DNA from: Eledone cirrhosa
Lineage: Eukaryota
Length of the DNA stretch: 64,000 nt
Direction of reading: 5' to 3'
Assembly (NCBI GenBank): GCA_964016885.1
Contig: OZ024753.1
Coordinates: forward strand, 17,484,001 to 17,548,000
A model generated the notes under the pieces. It saw nothing but the letters and a program-made list of their open reading frames with translations. It ran no database searches and was not told the origin of the DNA. Position 1 is the stretch's first letter. The number at the start of each line of letters is the position of its first letter. Positions 1 to 15,202 of the stretch are shown here, one piece after another. A program made the translations under genes and the position numbers.

Positions 1-149
1 TACATATATATATATATATATAAAAAAACCCATACACACACATATATACATATACACACACATACACACAAACACACACACACATATATATACATATACA
101 TATATATATATACATTCATATATATAACCATATACAGATATACATATAT

Positions 150-181
<32 letters not shown>

Positions 182-208
182 ACATAAAACAAATATATAC
201 ACATACAA

Positions 209-291
<83 letters not shown>

Positions 292-426
292 CACATACAC
301 ACACATACACATATATAAGGAAAAAGCACCATACATACATATATATATATACATATATACATATATATATATACATATATACATATATATATACACATAT
401 ATATATATATATATACACACACAAAC

Positions 427-467
<41 letters not shown>

Positions 468-532
468 TATATACACACATATATACACACACCCACATAT
501 ATACATATATATATACACACATACATACACAC

Positions 533-589
<57 letters not shown>

Positions 590-650
590 AATATATACAT
601 ATATATAAAAATATACACACACATATACATACATACACACACACATATAT

Positions 651-737
<87 letters not shown>

Positions 738-904
738 CAAACACACATACAAACATACATATACACATACATACATATAAACATATATATACACATATAT
801 ACACGCATGTATATACAATAAATATATATATATATACAATTAAGTTCGTAAATATATATATATATACAATTAAGTTCATTTAATTTCGTTTCGTTATTTG
901 TTTT

Positions 905-940
<36 letters not shown>

Positions 941-1029
941 CATATATACATATATATATATATAAAAATATACACACACATATACATATTATATATACAC
1001 ATATACACACACACATATATACACATACA
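1..1029. repeat. Compound (TA)n/(CA)n microsatellite
   Basis: Nearly pure TA/CA dinucleotide sequence. Confidence 0.95.
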
Positions 1030-1224
1030 CTGTTTATAGAATTCTGTCTGCCCTTGTTACTCTAAAAACATAAATAAATAAAAATAAAAATAAACTAAAG
1101 CTTTGTAGAATTAGCTTTTAATGAATTCCCTTTTCTATCAACCAATGACCTGCACCCATCCCACTCCCCACCCTCTCCTACCACTTGTAGAGACCTATAA
1201 ATACCATTTTTATTTCTGATTCCC

Positions 1225-1275
1225 AGATTCCTGATGATTTCTAATGAATGAAACAGTTCTAGTCCTGTAGAATCT
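1225..1275 (+). ncRNA. Type I hammerhead ribozyme (family D)
   Basis: agattc-CTGATGA-tttc taat gaat-GAAA-cag[ttctagtc]ctg-TA-gaatct. Stem I agattc/gaatct, GUA cleavage triplet. Part of a ~260-bp element (1030-1292) that recurs inverted at ~39785-40020. Confidence 0.75.
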
Positions 1276-1289
1276 CATCTATATTAAAA

Positions 1290-1722
<433 letters not shown>

Positions 1723-2689
1723 TTCTTTTTTTTTTTTTATATATACACATATATATATATTCACAAAATTCCATGTGAAAGATCCCATCATACGATGTAA
1801 ATACTGTTGAACTTCGTACATTACAACACTTTCCCCTTATGTCAGCGAATTACATCGCAATCTCTTTCCAGCTATTTATTAATCATTACCTATAGATCTA
1901 TCAAAGAATGACCGAGTCTCTTGCCTCACCGTTCATTAACACATATCCAAAGCGTCCCTCGGGGGAAACACCTTCTCCATCTGTCCGCCGGGGCTGAGGG
2001 CAGACAAGCCGATTATATTACGAATGTGTAGTCACCTACTTTTATATAATTGTCATAGTTGTTGTCAGAGTAAACCTTTCTATTGAATCAGTGGTTGTAC
2101 ATTCTACTAAATCTAAAGCTTAGTATAACCACCAAAAACAATCTTCAACAAAATCACCCATGAGGATCCCTGTCAATGCTCTCCATCTAACAGTTGCTTC
2201 ATATATCTGACCACAGATGTTAGAAATGCCGAAAGTCTCAGATCAGTCAGTAATCTCTTACAGATTCACTCTTGTATATTTTCCTCTTCTATACTTATCT
2301 TCTTTCCCTCATTATTAGCGCCTCTCCCTTGCCGTCCTCCGGGGAAACGCCTTCTCCATCCTGTCTGCCGGGGCTGTGTGTGTGTGTGTGTGTGTGTGGG
2401 GGGGGGGGGTGACCCATCGCGTATCATACCATATTTAAGTGTGTGCACTATCATAAAAAAGAATGTAGAAAACATACAATACATATAGCGACAACCATCT
2501 TCTAATGTAGGTGGCTTTAGTAGAGCAAATATAATATTCTCCATTCTTACAGTAATCACAATACTAAGAGACTTAAAGTGGTCAACAGCACAACCACTTC
2601 TTGTTTTAACACTCACATGCAATTCCCCTCCACCTTTTCCTCTTCCCATCCTTCTCCCCCCATCTCTCTCTCTATATATGTCTATATGA

Positions 2690-2702
2690 ATGTGTGTGTA
2701 TC

Positions 2703-2764
<62 letters not shown>

Positions 2765-3788
2765 CAATAATATATACATAAATGGCTATGTATGCATGTA
2801 TATGTATGCATGTATATGTATGCATGTATATGTATGCATGTATATATATGTGTACATGTGTGTATATATTTGTGTATATGTGTGTGTATATATGTGTGTG
2901 TATATATGTGTGTATATATATATGTATGTATATATATATGTGTGTATATATGTGTGTGTATATATATGTATATGTGTATATATATGTATATGTGTATATA
3001 TATGTATATGTATATATATATATGTATATGTATATGTATATATATATATGTATATATATATGTGTATATATGTATATATATATATGTGTATATATGTATA
3101 TATATATATGTGTATATATGTATATATATATATGTGTATATATATGTATATATATATGTGTATATATATGTATATATATGTGTGTGTTTATATATGTATA
3201 TATGTGTGTGTGTTTATATATGTATATATGTGTGTGTGTTTATATATGTATATATGTGTGTGTGTTTATATATGTATATATGTGTGTGTGTGTATATGTG
3301 TGTGTATATGTGTGTGTATATGTGTATATGTGTGTGTATATGTGTATATGTGTGTGTATATGTGTATATGTGTGTGTATATATGTATATGCGTGTGTATA
3401 TATGTATATGTGTGTGTATATATGTTTGTGTGTGTATATATGTATATGTGTGTGTGTATATATATATATATGTGTGTATATATATATGTGTGTATATATA
3501 TATATATGTGTGTATATATATATGTGCATATATGTGTGTGTATATATATATATGTGAATATATGTGTGTATATATATATATGTATATATGTGTGTATATA
3601 TATGTGTATATATGTATATATGTATATATATGTGTATGCATATATATATGTATATATATATCTGTATGTATGTGTATGTATATATATATATGTGTATGTA
3701 TGTGTATGTATATATATATATGTATATATATGTGTATGCATGTATATATGTGTGTATGTGTATATATATATGTATATATATGTGTATG

Positions 3789-3843
<55 letters not shown>

Positions 3844-3949
3844 GTCTATGTGTATATATGTATGGGTATATATATATATGTGTGTATGTGTATATATGTA
3901 TGTGTATATATATATATATGAATGTATATATATGTGTGAGTGTATGTAT

Positions 3950-3989
<40 letters not shown>

Positions 3990-4062
3990 CGCACACACGC
4001 ACACACACGCAACAACGCACACACACACATACACATATATTAAATAACTCATACATATATAT
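2690..4062. repeat. Compound (TA)n/(TG)n/(CA)n microsatellite
   Basis: Direct inspection. Confidence 0.95.
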
Positions 4063-4441
4063 CCGTTAGAATACTTAGATATCTTCACAATTACAATTAC
4101 ACATCTCCATTTAGATTTCTGGGAGAAGAATAAAATAAAGAATAAAACTCTTCGTAACGACATGAAACTAATGATTTCATGTCACGTCCGGCAGAATGAA
4201 ATTCAATTGATCATTCTGTCGAAATAACCATCAATGTCACAAATTCCAAGCAATCTTTTAACTGGGAGGTTATCTAAAAATAGACACCGTAGCTATCAAA
4301 CCCATATAGCCAGGATTTAGGAAAGCGAATTGAATATAAACGATATCAGCCAAAGAATTAATGGATTTTGATTCGGCACCTGACTTTAGGATATGTAATG
4401 TTGGGTCTGCAGATTTGCTTGTTTAGTCAGGTATCATGACC

Positions 4442-4507
4442 CTGTCTCTCTTGCTCTCTCTCTTTCTCTCTCTCTCTTGATCTCTCTCTCTCTCTTTCTC
4501 TCGTCTT

Positions 4508-4559
<52 letters not shown>

Positions 4560-4663
4560 TCTCTTCTCTCTTTCTCTCTCCTTCTCTCTCTCTCTTCTTT
4601 CTCTCTCTCTTTCTCTCTCTTTCTCTCTCTTTCTCTCTCTCTTTCTCTCTCTTTCTCTCTCTT

Positions 4664-4707
<44 letters not shown>

Positions 4708-4709
4708 TC

Positions 4710-4768
<59 letters not shown>

Positions 4769-4772
4769 TCTT

Positions 4773-4827
<55 letters not shown>

Positions 4828-5142
4828 TTCTCTTTCTCTCTCTTTCTCTCTCTTTCTCTCTCTTCTTCTCTCTCTTTCTCTCTCTTTCTCTTCTCTCTCT
4901 TCTCTCTCTCTCTCTTCTCCTCTTCTCTCTCTCCTCTCTCCTCTCTTTCTCTCTCTTCTCTCTCTTTCTCTCCTTTCTCTCTCTCTTTCTCTCTCTTTCT
5001 CTCTCTTTCGCTCTCTCTCTCTATCTCTTTCTATCTCTACCTCTTTCTCTCTCCCTATCTATCTACCTCTTTCTCTCTCCCTATCTACCTACCTCTTTCT
5101 CTCTCTATCTATCTATCTACCTACCTCTATCTCTCTCTCTCT
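4442..5142. repeat. (CT)n/(CTTT)n polypyrimidine tract
   Basis: ~700 bp of near-pure C/T. Confidence 0.95.
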
Positions 5143-5337
5143 ATATATATATATATGATGTGTATATATACGTACACACATCATAATGCATAAACGAATA
5201 CGCGCTAAAATATACATATATGTGTGTCATTAAGTTACATGGCCTGAGCCAACACTGGCGGTAGCCTATAGAAGTTTTATATATATAATATTTATATATA
5301 TAATATATATATATATCTATATATATATATATATATC

Positions 5338-5368
<31 letters not shown>

Positions 5369-6136
5369 GCAATTACTCGATATCCTAAACTCATTTGCAT
5401 AAATTGCCCTATAACCTATTCTTTTTCTGTTGAACATTTGCATGTAATTTTCTCATCAATTCCAATTTATTTACTCGCTTCTCACTTTATCTCCTAATCA
5501 GGTGCCATAATTCACATCATAAAAGCACAAACACATGAATATATGAATCTTTGAACATAGGCAGCAATGTATATAGTGTCATGTGACAAAAAAAAAAAAA
5601 AAACGAACAAGAAAAGACGAAAGAAAACACTTATTAAGCTATTCTAAATTCTGATGCAGAATCAATCTAGCCTTGCTACTGTTACTACGAAATTAGCTTA
5701 ATGAAGGTTTCAGTCCATTATAAACTTTAGAGAGAGATATATTTAGATGGTTCTAACCTCTAAAACACAAGAGTTACAACATGGTAACTACAGGTGTGGG
5801 GAATAAATCAAACGAAAATAGTTGGACCAAAAATGATGAGAAATTTCACTTAGTTTTCCGAGAGCGCATCACAACTATTTTCATATAAATGCAGGGTTAT
5901 TAAACCCCAAGGTAAGTTAGTTTATTGCATGAGACCTTGACAAAGCTGGCATCTCTGTTGGGTTTGTAGATGCGAGAGTGGTCGCAGCAAAGTGAGCTGA
6001 CCAACACAGGGAAGTATATCTATGCATGTGAAATTCGACGTACATACGCCCACGTGTGTGTGCGTGTGTGCGTGTGCTATATACCCTGGTCACACACACA
6101 CACACACACCACACATACACACATACGCACATACAC

Positions 6137-6223
<87 letters not shown>

Positions 6224-7044
6224 TGTGTGTATATATCTGGTAAAAAGCCGGCAGAATGCGGTAGAACAATACGAAGGGCGAATGATAAACAAAGTAATGT
6301 TTTAGCCAGTCTAGTTTTCTCCTATGTATGTATGTAAGTGTACTATTGATACTTTTATATGTATAAAATTGCTGCTTTCACAGCCATTTTAAGCTCAAGT
6401 ATTATTGTAATAATTCGATAATGTTGAAAGACTACAGAGAATCCACGGTTAGAAATCCACTGGCAAATATGGCTGACTATTTTTTAAAACGAAATTATGG
6501 AGAGTGACTATATAGCTTATTCTTATTTCGATTACCAATGTAATTAACAATATCAATATTAGAATTGAGTGCATATAGGATCAATAATGGATCCTGATAT
6601 GACACAAACCTATATGATATAACACAATCGTCTCTATAGAGATCTGTTTCAAAATGGCGAAATTCTATTAACTCGTAAACCTTTGTCATATGTTTTGCTA
6701 TTCATAACAATATATAAAATTCATCGCCATTTATCTCGATCAAAAACAAATATTATAGAAATATATTAGCAAAGCCAACCGACAGGAAACTCTGGGGTAA
6801 GATTGTTGGATAACATCCATGAGGTTGGGTGGGCTCGCCTGGGGCTCCAGCCAGATCAGCTGAAGTTGGTTGCTTCTGACAGGACCCTCTGGGAAGAGTG
6901 TTTGAGGACTCTACTCCCACGACCCTCTCAGGAATAAGTGGGCGAAGAAGAGTATTTATTATAACATTAATAATATCAGCATCTAAAATTGTTGGCCTTG
7001 TGCCTAAACCAGTAACCAATATTTCTACATAGTTCAAATCACAC

Positions 7045-7612
7045 AAAGGTTAGCTTTGCCTTTTATCTTTACGGGGTCGATAAACTAAACTATCAGTAAC
7101 GTTCTGGGGTCGATTTAAGCAACTTTCTCCTCTCCCCCTCTACAATTGTTGGTCTGGTACCTAATCAGATACCTTGCCTTTCATCCTTAAGGGGTCGATA
7201 AAATAAAGTACCAGTAATACGCTGGGATAATTGCTGGCCTTGTGCCAAAAGTAGAAACAATTATTTAATAATATATATCGGACGCCATGCTTTCCAGCAT
7301 AGTTACGTCCCTTTATGATCTGAGTTCAAATCCCGCTGAGGTTGACTTTGCCTTTCATCCTTACGGGGTCGATAAAATAAAGTACCAGTAATGCACTGGG
7401 TAATTGCTGGCCTTGTGCCTAAAAGAAGAAACAATTATTTAATAATATATATCGGACGCCATGCTTTCCAGCATAGTTACGTCCCTTTATGATCTGAGTT
7501 CAAATCCCGCCGAGGTTGACTTTGCCTTTCATCCTTAAGGGGTCAATAAAATAAAGTACCAGTAATGCACTGGATATTTGCTGGCCTTGTGCCTAAAGTA
7601 GAAACAATCATT
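7045..7612 (+). mobile_element. Tandem cluster of ~4 partial copies of the common ~190-bp SINE
   Basis: Repeated GCCTTTCATCCTTACGGGGTCGATAAAATAAAGTACCAGT...GGCCTTGTGCC..AGTAGAAACAATTAT; B-box-like GAGTTCAAATCCC. Confidence 0.85.
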
Positions 7613-8013
7613 TAATAATATATAAACAAATCACCGTTTCACTATTATGAGAGATCATATGTTGTTAATTAAATAGTGTATATATATGATATATGATAGA
7701 GGATTAAGGCAGTCATAAATAGCCTCAAACTGACATACATAATTTATAGTAATTATGACATAACCTTTGCTACTAAATACTTAAGCGTTTAGTATATCTC
7801 TGATACTGATGTTAATGGAGGCTTGCTATACACACATGCATACACATACGCACACATTCATGTATGTATGTATGTAAATATAATCTTTTATCTATATTTA
7901 CCTACCTAACCACATACTAACCTATATGTGTACCGAACTCCTTGAATAGATAGCTGTCTATAAAATGTCATCTACCTTCAAACAACATACGTTTATATAT
8001 AATTCAGATTATA

Positions 8014-8097
<84 letters not shown>

Positions 8098-8192
8098 GAG
8101 AGAAAAAAAACATATATCGTTAGAGAAACAGTATTTAGTACTTACATATTTCATATGTTATGAACTTATATATATATATATATATATATATA

Positions 8193-8385
8193 ATAATTGT
8201 TTCTACTTCTGGCTCAAGGCCAGCAATTATCCAAGTGTATTACTGGTACTTTATTTAATCGACTCCGTAAGGATGAAAGGCAAAGTTAACCTCGGCGGGA
8301 TTTGAACTCAGATCATAAAGGGCCGCAACTCTATGCTGCAAAGCATGGCGTCAACCCTCTACCGATACTGACAATCCACCGCCCT
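8193..8385 (-). mobile_element. Common ~190-bp tRNA-derived SINE
   Basis: Reverse complement of the 11108-11298 copy. Confidence 0.85.
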
Positions 8386-8690
8386 GTAATAATAATAATA
8401 ACAATACAAGGACGAATAGTGAAGCCTTCATTACGTTTATTGGTTGGTGGCGCGCGTTTCGCTATTGATCAGCTCAAGGTTCGATCTGTATCGATCTGGC
8501 CTGACTCTGGAATCAAAAGCTCGTCGGACATCTGTTGTAATGACAGAATAAATATACATGGCATATAAAAACTTTAACGTTCATATGTGGGTCAGCTTCT
8601 GTTGTTTTGAATGGTGGGTTAATTGTGAGTGTATATATATATATATATATATATATACTCTGTGATAGTATATATATATATATATATATA

Positions 8691-9205
8691 CTCTCCAGAA
8701 ATAGCCGTCGAAACGGCTTGAGCTCTGCCGTCGGGGTCATACTTTTTCCTACTCTGTGAGAGTATATATATATATACTCTCCAGAAATAGCCGTTGAAAC
8801 GGCTTGAGCTCTGCCGTCGGGGTCATACTTTTTCCTACTCTGTGAGAGTATATATATATATATACTCTCCAGAAATAGCCGTCGAAACGGCTTGAGCTCT
8901 GCCGTCGGGGTCATACTTTTTCCTACTCTGTGAGAGTATATATATATATATATATTCTCCAGAAATAGCCGTCGAAACGGCTTGAGCTCTGCCGTCGGGG
9001 TCATACTTTTTCCTACTCTGTGAGAGTGTATATATATATATATATACTCTCCAGAAATAGCCGTCGAAACGGCTTGAGCTCTGCCGTCGGGGTCATACTT
9101 TTTCCTACTCTGTGAGAGTATATATATATATATTCTCCAGAAATAGCCGTCGAAACGGCTTGAGCTCTGCCGTCGGGTCATACTTTTTCCTACTCTGTGA
9201 GAGTA
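8691..9205 (+). repeat. Six tandem ~88-bp units carrying the 3' half of a family A hammerhead, separated by (TA)n
   Basis: Unit ctctccagaaatagccgtcGAAAcggcttgagctctgccgTCggggtcatactttttcctactctgtgagag(ta)n starts at ~8691, 8777, 8865, 8955, 9046 and 9132. Confidence 0.9.
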
Positions 9206-9457
9206 TATATATATATATATATATATATATACTCTCATACACACATACATATATAAAAACATACATAGACACATGACGATTGCTTTATATTGTCTGATTA
9301 TAGCCGTTAAAAAGATCGTCTGAATCCTTCCACCAAGTTTACATCCTCCCATGAGGGTGATCTTTTAATCTAGCAACATATTTACAATGTCTTTGGCACA
9401 AATAACACATATATATCAATACACGCATACATACGTAAATAAATACTTACATACACA

Positions 9458-9652
9458 CGAGCGTCGGCTGAAATGTTTATAGGCTGACGAAGATGCTCTC
9501 AAGGAATGAGCAAATGAGGTTTATTTTTCAACATAGTCCCTGGAAAGAAACAATGTATCTATTAATAAGAACAGTTAAAATTAATGCTTGCAAGATTTAA
9601 CAGCCCTCGCAACGCTCTAAAGTCAGCCTATAAACATCTTAGCTGACATTCG
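9458..9652. mobile_element. Tc1/mariner-type MITE
   Basis: Imperfect TIRs cgagcgtcggctgaaatgtttataggctgac / gtcagcctataaacatcttagctgacattcg; related copies at 24706-25010 and 42565-42898. Confidence 0.7.
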
Positions 9653-9732
9653 CACGTACATAGAAACGCATATACATAGGCATACATACACATATTACAT
9701 GCATATATTCATGGATGCGTGCATGCATATAT

Positions 9733-10283
9733 GTTGGCTGCAAACTCTTTTAAGAGTATTGCAATCGCTTGTCAGATTATAGTGTTTGGTGTACTTATAT
9801 GCTACGGCCAGCCACACGAACCTGTAACAGATCCTGAACAAGCAATGTCTGTACTTTGAATGTTTTTTTAAGTGGGGAAAGGCCTTGCACTCGACCAATC
9901 CCACTCTCTGAGCATCGAAAACACTACCTGAAAAGGAGAACTGGTCCACATTATTGGATGCTTCCGAACCGCAGGTTTTTCTTTTACAGAGTTTCCCTCT
10001 CTCAGAAAGGTGTTGAGACAAAAATTGTGGGCCTTTCACTCCCAGGTGAACCCCCCCACCACAAAAAAAACAAAACAAAAAAACTACTATTTGGATGGCC
10101 GTTGACTCTGCTGAGTTCCTCCACCTTTTGACGGGTGTTGTATTTCATCCTGCAGGGTGTCCAAATATCACTCTCCTCACAAAACTAGCTTCGTGGGGTT
10201 GCCGGTTTAGTGGCCGAAGCACTGACCATGAGACAGGTTGTATTGGGTTACATGTTACCAGTAGCACTCGTGAGCGATCTGAC
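9733..10283 (-). mobile_element. Non-autonomous RTE-derived element, subfamily B
   Basis: 5' end shared with the 18194/44561/46271 copies; 3' end matches the RTE LINE fragment terminus at 38122-38170. Confidence 0.75.
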
Positions 10284-10671
10284 ATACATAAATACATACT
10301 AATGAAACGTTCAAGTGAGATAAGATGTTCAACATTTGGTTGAAGGATCGAGTGCTTGTATTTGATATAAGAGTGTCTTTATGTTTGAACACTGGATACT
10401 TCATTGTATATCCCTTCAGTTGAAGTAGGTCATTCACTGATCAAAATACACCTCTTGGTATAAAAGGAAGTGTCAAATCCAGCCATCTTGTGTCTCAGCG
10501 AACTCACACGAAAACGCATGTACACTTGCACGCTGCCAGTTCCACACACACACACACGCACACGCACACGCACACGCACACACGATTCGAAGTTCTTCTT
10601 TACTATTCAAACAGTACTCAAAACGCTAAGTTCTAGTTTTGAATATGTCACTATATGTAAAACAACTTTTG

Positions 10672-10735
10672 TATTTTATCTGAAGAGAGCGTACCAAAAG
10701 GCTTGGTACCCTTGAAATATATATATAATAAAATA
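10672..10735 (+). ncRNA. Type I hammerhead ribozyme (family B)
   Basis: tattttat-CTGAAGA-gagcgtacca..tggtaccctt-GAAA-tatatata-TA-ataaaata. Confidence 0.7.
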
Positions 10736-10969
10736 AATATGGTTTTATAAATATAGTTTCCATTTATTAATATTATTGATATATATATATATATATGTAG
10801 AAGTTATATTTAATTTGTTGGGATACAAGCAAATATTTTTATAACTGATATAAAGCACTCAACAATTTATTTGAGTAAAAATACAATATATTAACAAATG
10901 GAAACTATATTTATAAAACTATATTTATTTCATTATACATATTTCAAGGACACCTTGAAATATATATTA

Positions 10970-11034
10970 TATTTTATCTGATGAAAGCGCACCATAATTT
11001 GCTTTGGTGTCCTTGAAATATGTATAATGAAATA
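10970..11034 (+). ncRNA. Type I hammerhead ribozyme (family B)
   Basis: tattttat-CTGATGA-aagcgcacca..tggtgtcctt-GAAA-tatgta-TA-atgaaata; preceded by an inverted partial copy at 10798-10954. Confidence 0.75.
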
Positions 11035-11107
11035 AATATGGTTTTATAAATATAGTTTCCATTTGTTAATATATTGTATATATATATGTATATCATTATC
11101 ATCTTTT

Positions 11108-11298
11108 AGGGCGGTGGATTGGCAGTATCGGTAGAGGGTCGGACGCCATGCTTTCCAGCATAGTTACGTCCCTTTACGATCTGAGTTCAAATCCCGCCGA
11201 GGTTGACTTTGCCTTTCATCCTTACGGGGTCGATAAAATAAAGTACCAGTAATGCACTGGATAATTGCTGGCCTTGTGCCTAAGGTAGAAACAATTAT
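11108..11298 (+). mobile_element. Common ~190-bp tRNA-derived SINE (reference copy)
   Basis: A-box-like TGGCAGTATCGG, B-box GAGTTCAAATC, conserved body and tail; more than 15 full or partial copies in the window. Confidence 0.85.
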
Positions 11299-11786
11299 CA
11301 TCTTTTACCGTCCATCTTCCATGCTGTTTAGACACACAGACACACATATATAAATTAAACACACACAACACTTACACACCATACCATACACACATATATA
11401 CACGTTCTGTTGTTTTGTCGTTTTACAGGTTTCGGTCATTAGATAACTGTCATGAAGTGTGTTCTTCTTGAAGGGATTTTGATGCTCCCCTTCTCACTTT
11501 CTTTTCTTTTCCCGCCCAACATCTGTTGCTCTCCATCTATTACTTGACTTCACTTCCTCACCTAGTAATAAACACATATATGAGAGCTGTATCTGGATTT
11601 CAGGAACTGACATTACATGATCACTTTCTGTCACGTGTTTAACAAGGATTTACATTCCTGCATATGACGTAGTGTAAAAAATAAAAGCCATATTTGTATA
11701 CGGCTATCATAACACTCATGCAACACATGTGAAATATGTTTAGATGAAGTGATGCCTGTGCTTGAAACTTTTTTAAATGAAGAAAG

Positions 11787-12118
11787 GCCTTACACTGGAC
11801 CAAACCCACTCTCCCAACAATGGTGACAAGAAAGGTCTTACACTGGACCAATCCCACTATCCCAACAATGGTGACAAGAAAGGTCTTACACTGGACCAAT
11901 CCCACTATCCCAACAATGGTGACAAGAAAGGTCTTACACTGGACCAATCCCACTATCCCAACAATGGTGACAAGAAAGGTCTTACATTGGACCAATCCCA
12001 CTCTCCCAACAATCGTGACAAGAAAGGTCTTACACTGGACCAATCCCACTCTCCCAACAATGGTGACAAGAAAGGTCTTACACTGGACCAATACCACTCC
12101 CAGAACAATGGTGACAGG
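11787..12118. repeat. 48-bp minisatellite (~7 copies) inside a diverged RTE-derived element
   Basis: Unit ggtcttacactggaccaatcccactatcccaacaatggtgacaagaaa; homologous to 9878-9910. Confidence 0.9.
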
Positions 12119-12520
12119 TATCAACAAACAATACACCCCTACCATTGAGTCGTTTACAGCTAAGTTTTCCTTCTGGAATGATGTCCTCACTCACATACAC
12201 GCACAGACAAGCACATCTCTGCGCGCACTCACTCACGCGCACGCGCACACTCAAGCGCACGCGCGCACACACACACATACACACATGTATGTATATACAC
12301 ACACATGTATATATACATACACACATACATACACATGTACACACACATATATATATATACATTCACATATGTATACACACATACTTCTACATTCACATAT
12401 GTATACACACATACCTCTACATTCACATATACATACACGTACATATAGAGTATTTATGTTCCGGTTACCAAACCATGCTGTAATAGTAAGAAAAGAACTC
12501 GATTTCCAGTCCGGCCTCCT

Positions 12521-12551
<31 letters not shown>

Positions 12552-12556
<5 letters not shown>

Positions 12557-12762
12557 AGGGTATGGAAAGGAACCGGGATGACCATAACGCACTAGAGTAC
12601 TCGATATTTGGGGTAGTAGAGTGGGTAATAGGAAAAGAGTCAAGGACCCCGACGTCTGAGCTCCGGCTCTTTCGACAGCTACATCCGAACTAAGCCAGCA
12701 ATTCGGATCTAGCTGTCGAAACGGCCGGAGCTCAGCCGTCGGGGTCCTGACTCTTTTCCTAT
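12552..12762 (-). mobile_element. Family A Penelope-terminus mini-element (fold-back hairpin plus tail)
   Basis: Palindrome 12628-12762 built from the hammerhead 3' half; tail homologous to 57097-57147 and 37906-37985; flanked by (TA)n. Confidence 0.75.
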
Positions 12763-14230
12763 ATATATATATATATATATATATGCACAGCACCGCGTGT
12801 ATTAGAAGCTCCAAGACAAGTTTAATATAGATATAACTACGGTTTTTTAATAAGTCACAGCGTGAAAATAAAACAAATGGAACTAGACGCTTCAGTATTC
12901 CCTGTATGAACAAAAGAAACATAATTGCTTCTATGCATTTCTTAGAACTTTCTCTGTTCATCAGTTGGCAATAATCTTTATGATGCCGCCTACATAGGGA
13001 ACGTACACCAGGCACTTTATGTCAAATACAATTGAAGATATTAGATGAATTGTTGCGCCGGCCAATGTACATGGCATGTATTTATTTGAAACCAGAATTA
13101 ATTATATAATAACTATTTATATGCATCACAGCAAACATAAAAACGTCTAAGATAAATTAAATATCGAAAGACAAAAAACTATTGCCTTTAGGCGATCGCT
13201 TCATAAACGTATTGTTATCTACTCATCAAGTGCTAAATACTCATATCTAAAGAAGGAACTTATATCAGTTATTGTTTATATCAAATCCTATGTAGAACTC
13301 CTCTGAAATGGACAGGTTAATTTACGCGAGGGAAAAAAATCGTCATATTTGGATATATACAAATATCTTGTTGAATAGAATCTGCCATTTTAGGCACGAG
13401 AGAGAAAAAATATATGACGCGACTTCGTCAAGCTATTTGTTTAAAAAGAGTTGAGGGCAGATAATGGAAATTATGGCATATCTACTCGTAGCACTCGGAG
13501 TTAAAATAGTACTAAAGACCTATATGTCTAAAATACAGAAAGTACTGGGCTACGTCTTACGTGTCTATATGAAATTAGTTGATTTGCTACGTTCGTGTGT
13601 GTATTGAGTGTGTTGTGATGTGGCGTCATAAAGTGTCATGGCGCCATAAAGTGTCATGGGGGCGCCATATTGACATACAGCGTTTCTAGGGCTCTTTTTA
13701 AGCCTGGCGGAGCCCATCCCCTCCCCCAGTCTGATTACAATCGATTTCTTCTAGAGAAGGATGGAGATTGAGAGAATGGAAGTGAGAAAGACATTTTTAT
13801 CGACCTTCAATGGATGAAAGGCAAAGTTGACCTGGACGGGATTTGAACTCATTAATCGGAGAGCTGAAACAAATAACACAAAACATTCTCTTCGACGCAC
13901 TCCATGACTCTGTCAATTCGCCACCTTTGTAGCAGTGGAAACATTGACAAATGACAGCTGTCTGTGAGGGTCTTCTTGTTTTGTTGTCTTTTGCTAATAT
14001 TCAGTGTTGTTACTGTGTAAATGTTTATGATGAAGTGTATTAAATCTAATTAGTTACAATAGCAATTTTTTTAGGGTTTTACAGACTTAATTGAAAAGAC
14101 AGGACATAATTAATGGAAATGTATTTGTAGAGAGAACCAATTCTCTGCCTCATTGAGCAGCAATGTAATTACTCCAATAGATTTACATTGACAAAATAAC
14201 ACCAACATCAATCATTTGTACAATAATATC

Positions 14231-14267
<37 letters not shown>

Positions 14268-14284
14268 TTATATACATATGTATA

Positions 14285-14323
<39 letters not shown>

Positions 14324-14324
14324 A

Positions 14325-14441
<117 letters not shown>

Positions 14442-14539
14442 ATATATATATAATATATATATTTATATACATAGATCAGTCTCATATATATATATATATA
14501 TATATATACATAGATCACTCTCATATATGTGTGTATATC

Positions 14540-14570
<31 letters not shown>

Positions 14571-14618
14571 GTGTGTTTGTATATATATTCACACATAGAT
14601 CACTCTCATATATATATA

Positions 14619-14746
<128 letters not shown>

Positions 14747-14779
14747 ACTCTCATATATATATGTGTGTGTATGTATATA

Positions 14780-14810
<31 letters not shown>

Positions 14811-14867
14811 GTTGATTTAACACTTCACTGCTCGAAAGTGTTTTTTAAGCTTCATATCATATCTCCT

Positions 14868-14938
14868 TATTTTATCTGATGAGAACGCAAATATCATCCC
14901 ATGATGATATTTGTTTTTGAAATACGCATAATAAAATA
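14868..14938 (+). ncRNA. Type I hammerhead ribozyme (family C)
   Basis: tattttat-CTGATGA-gaacgcaaatatcatc ccat gatgatatttgttttt-GAAA-tacgca-TA-ataaaata; element 14810-15060 lies between (TA)n runs. Confidence 0.8.
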
Positions 14939-15057
14939 CATGGAACACTTTTAGCTATCTTTTGATTTTATATTATTTATACTCCAGTCCTATAAACTGT
15001 TGAGTGCTTCTTATCCGATATTTGCACTGCTTTATTGTGCTACAGTAAAACTCACCT

Positions 15058-15106
<49 letters not shown>

Positions 15107-15109
15107 TCA

Positions 15110-15202
<93 letters not shown>

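Noticed and set aside
6753-7046. 97-aa minus-strand ORF in a GC-richer patch
   Set aside because: Begins in SINE sequence, with no recognisable domain or clear splice signals
8691-9205. CRISPR-like repeat-spacer appearance
   Set aside because: Spacers are only (TA)n, repeats are ~72 bp and match retroelement termini, there are no cas genes, and the context is eukaryotic
11777-12148. Repeat protein KKGLTLDQSHYPNNGD
   Set aside because: 48-bp minisatellite derived from a retroelement, open in several frames on both strands
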